A stretch of 59,621 bases of DNA, from NCBI GenBank assembly GCA_018398765.1, contig JAHBMJ010000031.1:1-59621 (forward strand). The letters run 5' to 3'. The notes beneath the pieces are model-generated. The model saw only the letters and a list, made by a program, of their open reading frames with translations, ran no database searches and was not told where the DNA came from. This document shows positions 25,642 to 37,649 of the stretch, one piece after another. Numbering within the stretch: the stretch's first letter is position 1; each line of letters starts with the position of its first letter. The translations under genes were made by a program, and so were the position numbers. The stretch comes from Chromera velia. Taxonomy: Eukaryota.

Positions 25642-25845
25642 AAAAGAGAGAGAGAGACTCTGAGAAAGAAAGAAAGAAAGACAGACAGATAGACAGGAAG
25701 GAAGGAAGGAAGGAAGGAAAGAAGGAAGGAAAAAAGGAAGAAAAGAAGGAAGGAAAGAAGGAAGGAAAGAAGGAAGGATAAAAGGAAGGAAAGAAGGAAA
25801 GAAGGAAGGAAGGAAAGAAAGAAAGAAGGAAGGAAGGAAGGAAGG
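24805..25845. repeat. (GAAA)n/(GGAA)n/(GA)n purine tract with internal block duplication
   Basis: ~1 kb purine tract; the gagagactctgagaaagaaag block occurs twice. Confidence 0.95.
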
Positions 25846-26219
25846 ATAGAGAAAATCAACACAAAGAAAAAGAAAAAGATGGTCATAAACGTCCTGATAC
25901 AAACTTAATCTTGGTTTGATTTCTCTTTTAATCGCTCTTTATGCGCCTCTCTACCCTAACCTTCACCTCAAATGTGACAGTCTTGAGAGAACTGCAAGGG
26001 AAACCCAGGGAAATGGAAGAGGGTAAAGCAGAAGAGAGAGAGAAAGAGAGAGAGAGAGAGAAAGAAAGAGAAAGAAGGAAGAAAAAAAAACGTCTGGCAG
26101 CCATAAGCATCCCCTTACGAGGTCTTATTTTCCCTTTTTTTTTTGCATTCTCCCACCTTGAAGTCATCTCCCTCTTTTACATGATTGTTGCCTCTTTCTC
26201 TGATAGGGCACATAAGAGA

Positions 26220-26354
26220 TGTGTGCATGTGCGTATGCTTGCGTGTGTGTATATATGTGTGTGTGTATGTATGTGTGTGTGTGTATATGTGTGTGTGTGT
26301 ATATATGTGTGTGTGTGTGTATGTGTGTGTGTGTGTGTGTGTGTATGGTGTGTC

Positions 26355-26385
<31 letters not shown>

Positions 26386-26418
26386 GTATGTGTGTGTATA
26401 CTAGATGTGTGTGTGTGT

Positions 26419-26484
<66 letters not shown>

Positions 26485-26560
26485 GTGTATGTGTGTGTGT
26501 GTGTGCATACGTGTATGCGTTTGTATGTGGGTGAGTGTGTGTGTATATGTATGTGTACTA
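26220..26560. repeat. (TG)n/(TA)n microsatellite
   Basis: Simple dinucleotide repeats. Confidence 0.95.
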
Positions 26561-27450
26561 TGCGTCTTTCCTTTTTTCTCATTGGTTTGTATGTTTACAG
26601 TAGGGACATCAGAAGGATGGTAATTATGCAGTGTTGCAACCACCGTGGGTGCGCTGTCAATGGAGATAGTACGCTCTACTGGGCGACTTAGACGTACAGA
26701 ATAGTCAGAGAAACAGTTAGAATTTGGGAGTATTGGAAGATATGGGAGCGATTATGGAAAGGAATTGGAGTTTTTGCCGTACCCTTTTCCCTAACTACCA
26801 TCTTTTTACTCTCTCCCCCTCTTAATGATCACTCCTCGCTACCGTTCCTTTTCCCTACTTTGGGTTTCTTTCCTCCCTTCCGCCTTTCCATCCTCCTTTG
26901 CTCTTTTCTTTTTTCTCTATTTATTCCTTTTATCGTTTTTCTCCCTCTTTCTGATTCTTTTAGAATTTTTATGTGCGTGCGTGTCTTTAAGTCTTTTGTT
27001 TCATCCGTCTTTCTATCTATACTTCCTTTCTGTGTATCAGTATTCCCGTTTCCCTTCTTTCTCCCTCTTTCCCCGCCCTTTCTCTCTTTTTTTTTGTCTG
27101 TCTGTCTGTGCCTGTCTGTTTAATCTAAGTCTGTTGGTCTGTCTGTCTGTCTATCTGTCTGTCTGTCTGTCTGTTTGCTAGACTGAGTCTGTTGGTCTGT
27201 CTGTCTGTCGGTCTGTCTGTCTGTCTGTCTATCTGTCTGTCTGTCTACTAGCTATAGTCTGTCTGTCTGTTTATCTGTCTGTCTGTATGCTGGTCTGTCT
27301 ATCTGCCTACTAGCTAGTCTATCTGTCTCTCTGTCTGTCTCTGTCTCTATCTCTAAGACTTTCTCTCTCGCTCTCCCTCTTTCTCTTTCTCATATTCCTC
27401 TCTCTCGTATCTTTCTTTATTCTTTTATGTAATCAGATTCTTTTTTTTTC

Positions 27451-27905
27451 CGCATGCCGGGGGCGAGTGAGGTGCTTTTTGCCCCCCTAAAGCGGCGTAT
27501 TTCTGCAAAAAACTCGTTTTCATAATTAGTAAGGAGTTAAAAGCTGAAGCTTTGTGTAAAAAGACGTTATAACGATAAAAAAAGAACTGTGGAACAGATT
27601 TTTTATATCATTTCTAGAAACATAGGCTGTCATATAAATTTTTTGATTTTGAAGCCATTTTTTAACGGTTTTGAATAGTAAGAAAAACGGTATAAAACTC
27701 ACAAAATTTGTATGGTAGCCTATGTTTCTAAAAATGATATAAAACATCTGTTCTATAGTTTTTTTTCTATCATTACAACGTCTTCTTATACAAAGTTTCA
27801 GCTTCTAACTCCTTACCAATTATGAGAACAAGTTTTTTGCAGAAAAGCGCCGGTCTTCTATGCAGAGGGGGAAGTAAAAAGCACCCCACTCACCTCCGGT
27901 ATGCG
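27451..27905. mobile_element. 455-bp palindromic MITE, copy 2 (inverted relative to copy 1)
   Basis: cgcatgccgggg..ccggtatgcg; reverse complement aligns end to end with 23298-23752. Confidence 0.9.
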
Positions 27906-28399
27906 TCCTCTTTTTGGATGCCTGTGTGCATATATTTATCCTTTTTCAAATTGTCTCGCTTGCCTTTCTGTCTATACTTTGTTTCCATGTGTTAGATTCC
28001 TCGTCCGTCTCTCTTCAAAATCTCTCTAGCTCTTCTCTCTCTCCCTCCCTTTCTCCCCTCCTTCCCTCCTCTGGTTCCAGCCCGTGCTCAATCTTCTCAT
28101 CGTTATCACTCGTTGCCTGCATACAGATATATTTTCATCGATTTTCATTCCCTTATTATTTTGTTTACCGCCCTTTTTACTTTTGCTTCAGAATTTGTGT
28201 GTTACTGTGTATGGTGTGTCTTTCTGTTAATCTTCTCTCCTAGTTCCCTTTTTTCCCCCTTCATTTCCATCCTTCTTCCACTCTCTTTCTTTTCTTCCTT
28301 TTATACGCCTTCTCTCTCTCCATGGTTCTCTCTCTTTCCCCCTCTCCTTCCTTCAAATGGTCTTTGTTTTCTTCTAATGACATCCGTTTTCAATGGTTA

Positions 28400-29160
28400 T
28401 CCTTATTTCTCCCTTCTGAAGTTCCCTACCAAGAGCAGACTGAGAGCCCCCCCTCAGATGGGGACGAAAAAGTTTGGTCAGTAGATCGACCACAGGGATA
28501 AGGACATGAGCAGATCAATTCTATTATGTATATACTTCCTTTCTCTCTTGTTATACTTATGTTTGATGAATATCCGGTCCCTCCATCCCCCCTCAAACCC
28601 CACAATCTGTCATCATTCTTCCACTGTTACCTCAGTGCCGTTGCCTCATTGGCTAAGAGGTGGGGCGAGGTGGGGTCTCTTGGCCATGGTGCCCAAGACA
28701 AGAGATTCTGAAGAGGTGAGATATGTTTTTCTTTCTCCCTCTCCCGTTTACGGCCTTCCTTTACAGGGAGGTTAAGGATACAATTCTGTGGGAACTGCCA
28801 GCTTTACCCCCATCCTTTCTCTTGCCCACTTCCCAAAACTTTCCTCCAAACTCAGTACAGAGTTAGACAGCGAACAGCTCGTCCTCTCCTGCTCAGCCCC
28901 GATACCAAAGAAGAAGGCAAACGAAAAGCGTTCTTCTTGCTTAGCCCTAGGCTCAGCCCTAACATTAGAAAGAAGACAGACCACATATTGGCGTGTGAGG
29001 TGATTCCTCTCTCCTTAATCCTCACCGTGTCAACACACTTTTCTCAGACTGAACGAGACAGAACAAAATCTTACCAAAGGAACAGCTTATCAGTAATCTA
29101 GCTCGTCTACAAATCCAAAAGAGACTTGGCCTCCTCCTCTGGTTATAAAGGAGGAAGAGA
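28400..29160 (-). pseudogene. Heavily decayed RLE-type non-LTR retrotransposon fragment
   Basis: Minus strand near 28570-28501 reads SSNISITREKGSIYIIELICSCP; reverting four transitions gives PDI..IIELTCP, a restriction-like endonuclease motif. Many stops. Confidence 0.35.
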
Positions 29161-29167
29161 GGTCTGT

Positions 29168-29420
29168 GGCCCCGGAAAGTGCGACCGCGAAAAGGTTGAC
29201 TTTGCGCCATGCGTGCGTCAGAGCATACCCCCGGGTTTTTTTCCCGGGGAAAGGGGGGTTCCGCGGCTTTTTCCGGGGGGGNNNNNNNNNNNNNNNNNNN
29301 NNNNNNNNNNNNNNNNNNGGGGGGGGGGGGATCGGCGTGACGGCTGGCCAATTGTGCAGCTAGTTCTCATTTTTCTTGCTTTCCGGGGCCGCGTTCGCAA
29401 GCCTGCTTGCGTCAGATATT
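29168..29420. mobile_element. MITE-like element with GGCCCCGGAAAG TIRs (contains an assembly gap)
   Basis: ggccccggaaag at 29168 and ctttccggggcc ending at 29391; shares internal and flanking motifs with 22460-23180. Confidence 0.7.
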
Positions 29421-31286
29421 AATTGAGGAGATCAACTTAACCCTCAAGCCTGTACTAGACAGGCTGAGTGACAGATTGAGAGAGCAACATCGCTCAAAAA
29501 GCACCTTCACTGGTGCTTTTATGGATGACGTGGGCCTTATTTTCCCTTCAGGAGGGTTGAGTAGAGCATGGGCAGCGGCTGAGGAAGAGTTTTGCTCATT
29601 TAACCTCAAGCTGAATCTCGGCAAGGACAAGAGCCTAGCGTTCTCTCCAGCATGGGTGGAGACAGAGAGGTGTCTGGAGACATCTCCTGCAGGGTTAGAA
29701 TTATCAAAGGACGGGTTCAAGCTAGGAGGGGGAGCGATAGGGAAATGGGAGTACGAGAAAAAACATTTTGAAGAAGTGAGAGACGAAGCAGTGGGGTTAG
29801 CGTCCAAAGTAGCCAACTATCGCGATCCTCAAGGGAGATGGCTTCTGTTTCGGTTTTGTGTTCTCCCCAAGCTGGGTTTCCTTCTACGTTTGATGGCGGA
29901 TGCAATTCCAACATCAATGTGGCAGGCGGCTGATGACATGCTCTTGAAGAAATGTACTCGAGGGCTTGGCATTGCTGAGAATGAGTGGACCCTACACCAA
30001 ACAGTGCAGGCATCCCTTCCATTATCGCAAGGGGGGCTGGGCATACACAGGTATAGTCTCATGCAAAAATGTGCGTTGGTAGGATGCTATGCATCCTGCC
30101 TAGCAGACGTACTGAAGAGGCTTTTGGTGCAAGGGTATGCGAACAACTCAGATGAGATGTGGGAGAAAGTTTCGAGGGAGGGATGGTCTCAGAAAGCCCA
30201 AGAAGCGTTCTACAGACTGCAGAACGATCATCAGGATGCAGTCAGTGGAGCGCCAGAGCGGTCGTTGCTGAAAGCATCATGGAGAGATTGCATAGAGGCA
30301 TGGAGAGGTGAAAGGGCAAAGGGGGTGCAAGGGAGGCTCTATGATACTTTGCAGGCAGCGACGAGAAAACGACTGTTAGAGAGCTGCCAGACAGTAGCCG
30401 TCCCACGCTAGAGACGCCTCCAAGCTTAGATGAGAAGGGACAGATTCGCTTGAGAAGTTGCTCTGGCAATGGAGCCTCAGCATGGCTTGGAGCCATTCCC
30501 TTTGACAGCAACCACAAGATCTTCCCACCGCTTTTTCGTACAGCCATGCGCGTGTGGCTAGGCCTTCGTATCCCAGAGCTGGTACGATAACCAGTCTGCG
30601 GCTGTGGACAGAGAGGGGACTTGGAGGGTGTTCATGGAGGAAAGTGTCCAATGGGAGGAGGTCCGTGGAGAAGGCACCAAAAGGTTGGGGCAGCATTTTT
30701 TGAGCTGTTAACGGGGGTAAGGTACTGTACGGTTGGGGGGGAGACGACGATAGGATCGTTGGGGCTCGATTTGACAAGACCATTGTCCGAGGAACGCGAT
30801 AAACGACCAGACTTGTTCGCGACTTTACCAAATGGGGACTCCATTCTAGGGGATGTGGCTCTGATCCACCCGATCCAGGATGTAACCCGCCTGCACAAAA
30901 ATGCCAAGAAAGTAGGGGCTGCAGCTAAGGAGAAGGAGGGGAAGAAACATACCCACTATGATGATGCCTGGAGAGCAGTGGGCATTCGTTTTGTTCCTTT
31001 GGTTTTTGAGACCTACGGAAGGCCTGGGGGGGAAACAGTATGGTTCGTGAAAGAGATGGTGAGACAGGCTACAGAAAGGTTGGGGGAGATGAATGATGTA
31101 TCAGCACGTCAGAAAATTGCTGACAGATGGTGGAAAACGTTGTCAGTAGCGGTTCAGAAAGCAGCAGCGTCTACAATCTTGGCATCTGTGCAGGCAAGCC
31201 GCGGTGCACGCGGTACACAGGTTACAGAGATGCTGCTTGGGAGGGAGTTTTCGGCCTACGTGGGCCTTGCAGAGAAGAAAGAGTAA
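29421..31286 (+). mobile_element. 5'-truncated CRE-like non-LTR retrotransposon (RT C-terminal half, CCHC finger, restriction-like endonuclease), pseudogenised
   Basis: RT motifs AFMDDV, LKLNLGK, LPLSQGGLGI; ASAWLGAIP..FRTAMRVWLGL; CGCGQRGDLEGVHGGKC; RRH; KRPDL..GDVALIHP..KEGKKHTHY..FVPLVFETYGRPG. Frameshift near 30400 and in-frame TAA at 30588-30590. Confidence 0.9.
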
Positions 31287-32138
31287 AAGAATGGGGGGGG
31301 GGCCAGCAGGGGCGCTGGCAAGAGAATTGAAAGAAAGAGAAAGACCATTTTGATGTTTAAGAGATAGAAAAGACATAAACGGAGAGAAGAGCCTGACAAC
31401 ATCAGATTGAAGAAACATGACAAAGGAGCTAAAAGCCGCTAAGCATGCAAAAGAATTTATGGATGTAAAGAAAAGGTTTAATAAAGAAATGTTGAGGAGA
31501 AACAAATTTTTTTAACGGGCTGAGGAACCCATTGAAGAAGAAGTTGGGGAAACGAAAAAGAAGACCACAATGCTCATCCATAGATAGGCAGAGTTGACCA
31601 CGCGAACACACGGAGAATGAAAGGTATTGTTGATTGAGGTTTTTGTTATGCATGCCGCGTCCCCGTGTATGAGGGGCGGATCTAGCCTAGTCTGTCAAAA
31701 GGTTTAGAATGAAAGGTATTAATTTTTGTCCACCGTGGAGTAGTATAAGCTAGGCGCGGCGGCCTAGTTCGAGGGGCTTGCGCTTGCAACAGATTGGCCA
31801 TAATAGACGGACAGGACCTATGCCTAGGCAAGATGCATACTGGCCCGACAAAGGACCAGAGAGACACTAAAGAAATAATTCTCGATCGCTCCGCGTTGTT
31901 TGTTTTGGTATGTATGCATGCATGGCTTCGCAAGAAGTCACACTACTTCCCAAACCTGCATAGAGCGTGAGCGCGCGTCCAAAGAGTAAAGTACATTGCG
32001 CAGTCACGTCCCTTGGGAGGCTCTTTCGAACTCAAATTCGGTTGTTGTTGCTCTTCGTATTGATAGACAGACGGACACAGATCGACAGGCAAAGCTGCGG
32101 AGCAGGAAAGACAGCTCGAAAATAAAGAGGTCGGACAG

Positions 32139-33336
32139 ATGCGGTTGGTCTTTCTTGCCCTCTCTTTGTTCTGCAGTCTCACAGCTGCAGTGCTTATCAA
32201 GAATCTTCAAGCGACAGAGAACGATGTCTTGGAGGCATTCCTGGAGCAGACAGAGGAGTCAACCAGTCACACGATGACGAAGAAGGACCGCCAGTTCTCC
32301 AGATTCATGAAGTCCCTCAACACGAAGAGGGTCAAAACCTCAGACGAACTCTTGGTCGATGAAGACGCCGGCAAGATCTCCACGGCTCTCAAAAAGGATT
32401 GCTCTGCAGACAACGTCAGTGCTTGGACTTCTACCGATCACCCGAATGAATGCATGCATGCATGCGTTGTGTGAGGGTTCCTGCAAGAATGACGTCCTTC
32501 AACCCAAATGCGCCTGCAGGTAAAATCCCGCCTAGAGCCGTACAGAGAGGACGAAGAAGGGAAGCTGAAGGACTCTGTGATGTCCATCTGCCAGACGTAC
32601 AACGTCATAGGCTCCGTCTACCATCTCCTCGAGTTCATGAAGGTAAGTTAATCATTTGCCAGACGCATTCGCCGACGCATTTTTGCTAGCACACACTGTC
32701 ATACTTAAACAGACCGGCTGGTGAAGAGCTGTGTGGCGGCCAGTCATTCTGATGCAAGAACACTAGCTGCGCATTACATGTGCGGTCTGAAACTCTCAAG
32801 GCCTGTCGGCATGAATGTCTAAAAACGTGGAAGAATACACGCATTGCAATCAGCTGCGCTGATCGAACACAGGCAGCTGCACATTTTTCACATCGTTGGT
32901 GTCGATTTTCATCTTTTGTCATCTCTTCGCATCTGTGTGCCTGCTGCCATCCCCCTGTCTGTGTGTGTGTGTGTGTGTGCGCGCGCGCGGGTGTGTGTGT
33001 GTGCGGGTGTGCGTGCGTGTGTGTGTGTGTGTGTGTATGCAGCTGGCGGCAGAGAGCGACGGCGCCCACCTGGACGGAGCGAAGAAGCAGATGAAGAGGG
33101 GTGCAGTGAAGAGCGTCCTCGCGGGTATCCGCCTTGCTGCTGCTGTGCTGACTGTGGGCACATCCGAGCTGGCTGTGGGCATCGGCCTTGGTGTGGCCTA
33201 CGGAGGCATGGCGGTGGCGCAGGGCCTGGCGTCTCTTGACAGGGTGAAGAGGTCAGGGAAGAGAAGGGAAAAGAGGTTCGGAAACGGGGGTAGGTAGGCA
33301 GACAGACAAACAGATTGGTAGATTGCTACATACACG

Positions 33337-33378
<42 letters not shown>

Positions 33379-34218
33379 GAGAGGGAGAGAGAGAGAGAGA
33401 GACTGAGCGGAGAGAGTCATCTGAAGTCTGGGGCAGAAAAAGAAAAAGGGAGTACACAAAACAGGTTCGCGCGAATGTGGGTTCAACGTATGAGACGCGA
33501 GCACACGAATGCACAGGATGGGGGGGATCTACATGGAAGGCAAGATCGGTCACGACGCACGAAGAAGGACGCTCAGCACACACACACACACACACACACG
33601 CACGCACGCACGCACACACACACACAAGCATCAATCGATCCACATCGTCCTATCACTGACGTCATACAGCACCAAGTCAGTCCAACACACGCAAAATTGC
33701 ATTCGTGTTCGTTCGTTCCGCCTTTGACACAGATGGAGAACCAGAGAGAGATTCATTCATTCTGTTAAATTTCCCTTCAATTGCGTATCTGTGAGCACTG
33801 CATGTGCAGATCGGACCATAAAGTCTCCGAGTTGTTGAAAAAGGCTGATCAGGTACGTCATCTTTCTTCTCTTCCTGATTTCCCGTCTTTGTTTCTTTCA
33901 GTGTGCACTTCTTCCTGCATTCCAGTCATTGTTCCTGTCGCTGCAACAAGCGATGGATGTTGCTCTGGGCTGCTGAAAAGTAGTGTGTCCTTCGGCTCAA
34001 TTGCACAAAAAAACTGAATGCCACACACACACACACACACACACACACAGGGGGAGAGAAAGGTCCGTACTTTTTATCTGTCTACACGTGTGTACGATCG
34101 AGTGCAGATAAGCTCTGGGCATAATGGAGACTCAGCAGTCAAAGGGATGGAGCAGTACGCCGCGCTCTTCCGACACATCAACGATCAGGGTGAGCTAGGG
34201 GACGGGAGAAATCCTGTG

Positions 34219-34258
<40 letters not shown>

Positions 34259-36551
34259 GACGGTCTGACTGTCTCATGGATCGAATCATTTTATTCTCTA
34301 GCACCGTGGCGTGTCTTTGATTGACCTCGTCGATCAATCAAGCACCACGTCCCTACAGACACACAGACAGATAGACAGACAGACAGACAGACCGACATGG
34401 AGTGCATGCAGAAGGGTATCCGTGCTGTGTGTGCAAGAGATAAGAAAGCATTTCAATTGAGTTGATGGATGGATGGATGGATGCATGGATGGATGGATGG
34501 ATGCTCATGGATGGATGCAGGCGATTCTCTCTGGAAGACGACGAAGAGCACAGTGAAGCAGAGCTTCCAGGACAATCCCCTCGAGACCTCCAAATTCACA
34601 GCAGTCACCACGGCCTCCACCAGCGGGGGCGTGTGGCACAGCGCCACGATGATTGGTGCCAAGTCGGTAGGGTTTGTGGAGGCGGTTCCTGTGATTGGTG
34701 CTTTTGTGATGTTGGGCGACGGGGTGGTGGAGATGGGCATCGGGACGGGAAAGACGACGCTATCAACTGACGACAGAAAAACAATGTGGAGGGTGAGTGC
34801 ACCGGAAGCAAACAACTTCACGCACACACACACACACACACACACAGNNNNNNNNNGGGGGGGGGGGGGGCACGCAAAAAGAAGTGCGGTGAGGGGAATG
34901 AGCCAGGCGGTCTGTCGGCATGTCGAATTGAGTCTATGTCACTCACTCCCTCGTGTCTTATTTCTTGTCCGTCTTCCCCTTCAGACACCCAGCAGGAAAA
35001 TTTGCATGATCCGGTACGTTTTCCACTGCTTTCTGTTGTTGACTCGACTCTTGCTTCTTTCGCCCTGCATGGACGCGTTGTCCCCCCTCCCTAGCTCAGC
35101 CTGTTCACCCAGCTCGGACGCTTCTTCTCTTCTCTTCTCTTCTCTTCTCGACACTTGAATGAAAGAGAGCACACAGACCCGGATAGACGGAGAAAATGTT
35201 TTTGAAAGAAGCGAACACTTCTGTCTGTGTCTTTCTTGAATTCTGCAGGGATGTTTGTTGACAGAGAGCGTGGCCCTTTGTGCAGGGATGTTTGTTGACA
35301 GAGAGCGTGGCCCTTTGTGCAGGGATGTTTGTTGACAGAGAGCGTGGCCCTTTCTGCAGGGATGTTTGTTGACAGAGAGGGTGGCCCTTTCTGCAGGGAT
35401 GTTTGTTGACAGAGAGCGTGGCCCTCCTGAAGAACCTCCGGAAATTGGCGGTGGACGCGGGGTCTCCCTTCTTTGAGGACTTCCTACACTTCCCCTGGGG
35501 GGACACATTCAGGTCAGCTGCACGACCTGCATGCATGCCGATGGATCGATCGAGGCTTTTATTCGCGTTAAATCGTTTCGCATGGATGCCTCAACTGTTG
35601 GCGCTTTGCACGTGTCACACATAAATAAACAAACAAACATACAGAGAGAATTTTACCAAATGAGAGTGTGCTTGACACGCTTTTGTCGGACCCCAACCTG
35701 ATGTATTCTTACCGCACAACATTTGTGCAAACTAGGCATGTGTGTGTAATTCTTCTCTCCTCTCCCTCATTCATGCATGCGTGCAGACTGTACATCGACC
35801 ACATCGTTGAGAAGTCCAACTTCCGGTCTACTGACGACTACACGTACATCTGGAGTGGGCCTGACGAATGTCAAGACTTCCCGGTCGGTCTCTCGACTTC
35901 CTCCCTCCCTTCTGTGCAGCTAGTGAGGGGGTAAGGGGGGATGCATGCCGGAGGAGCATCCGAACATGCAGACTCCTCCTTGAATTTTCCCGTGTCCCTC
36001 CCCTGCTGTCTGCCTGCATCTGTCTATCTATCTATCTGCAGGTGGACCCGCACCTGTTCATGATCAAAGAGCACGGAGACCCCTCGGACCCTAACAAGCC
36101 CCCCACCCTCAAGTCAGGTGCGGAGGTGGAGGCTGACCTTGAGGCAATGTTGGCATGGGCAGAGAACGCCCTCAGGGAGATGAGCGAGGACGAGGAGTCG
36201 AAGTGGTCGGACGAGTGGGCCCAAAAGTGCCCCGGCAGAGTCACGCAGCACCTCTCAGAGCATCCCATGAAGATTGACAGAAGGGCCGGCCCGGGTTTGT
36301 TGAAGAAGAGAAACGCCCAGCTGAACCTGGACCCTTATCACTGTATCAGCCGGACCGTCTCCCACGAGGCTTCCGAGATCAACGACGAGGAGAGCGACGA
36401 TTTGGACATCCACACAGACCCTGAGTGGACAGAAGACGAACAGTCGACGCAAAAACTTGACAACAAAAAAGACCAACAGCAGAACGAAAACCAAAGCAAC
36501 CTGGGACCCCCCCCCGATCACCCCCCTCCCGGTCTCAAGTGGAAATTTTAA
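32139..36551 (+). CDS. Multi-exon predicted secreted/membrane protein of unknown function
   Basis: Signal peptide MRLVFLALSLFCSLTAA. Exons at about 32139-32414, 32520-32642, 33043-33293, 33810-33852, 34108-34189, 34521-34793, 34985-35013, ~35397-35512, 35787-35883, 36042-36551 (TAA). GC3-rich codons; most junctions in phase; the 35013 to 35.4 kb junction is unresolved. Confidence 0.8.
35244..35425 (+). repeat. 37-bp tandem repeat x5 spanning an intron/exon boundary
   Basis: tgcagggatgtttgttgacagagagcgtggcccttt(g/c) at 35244, 35281, 35318, 35355 and 35392. Confidence 0.95.
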
Positions 36552-37649
36552 GGAAAGAACGAACAAAGGAAGAAAGGAAGGAAGAGACAGGAACGGCATC
36601 CAGTCGCACGAAGCTGATCTACCCTTACAAGTCATGAAGAGAGACCCAAGCACGGCAGAGGACTAAAGGAGTGAGAAAGAAATCAAAGAGGCGGAAAATG
36701 GAAAGAAAAGAGCAGAAAAAGAGATGATGGAAGGAAGGAGTGTAGCATCACTCCATTCCTGCATTCATGCAGTCAGCCAGGCTTTGAATTGAATGAAAGA
36801 GCATCGGGAGTAATCGTGCTCGCAAGCAGAAACACACACACAGGATGGACAAAGGACACGCGAACACAAAAACAAAAAACACAAAGAACGTTGTCAAGCA
36901 AGTAAGAAAGCAAATAATCCGATGGGAACATGAAGGGGGCTCATTTCCAGGTGGATCTCGAGGGACCGACCACCCGCACAGAAATGTGCATGATCAAACA
37001 AATCGAAACAACTCGGAAAGAAAGAGGAAGGGCAGAAATGGGAAAGCGGCACACAGAGACGCACAGACGGACGGGTGGATGGAAGGAAGGAAGGAAAGAA
37101 GGAAGCAAAGAAGCAAGCAGGCAAGCAAGCAAAGAAGAAAGGAAGGAATGGAGGATCGTAAATGCGAAGCCGAAAGGCCCTCCAGAAAAGTTAAGAGCTT
37201 AGCAAGAGTAGATCGACGCGACACACGTGTCTGAGTAACTCTACAAGAATAAAGGAATGTAAGACACAGGGACGTACGTCGACTATCAATTGTTCAAAGA
37301 GGGACTTTCTTCATAGCTCTCCTACATACCCGAAAGAAAATTGAGCCAGTCAGAAAATGACCCTGCAAGGTTGGCCCATGACTATTTGTGAGCCAGATTC
37401 ACAATTGAACGCACTTTTTCGTGGCTTCACCTAATCAGCGACTCTTCTGAACAAGCGCGCTCTTTTTTACCACGCAGACATGGCTTGCATGGACGCTCAC
37501 GCGAACTCTGAAAAAGTATGCACACAGGTCGAGGGTGGTTGGAACATGATCGAAGTACATCAAATTTAAAACATTGTCAAATGTTGTGACCTGCAAACTA
37601 AGCAGAGTGGCACGACAATGGTAGCAAGGTCGAAGTAATTATAATGCAT

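Noticed and set aside
30409..30411. TAG ending the CRE ORF (and TAG 55969-55971 in the copia) as C>T nonsense mutations
   Set aside because: Both lie just after frameshifts and are out of the true frame, so they were not counted.
35244..35425. CRISPR-like 37-bp repeats (also the 43-bp repeats at 46578)
   Set aside because: Units are contiguous with no spacers, there are no cas genes, and the context is a eukaryotic intron.
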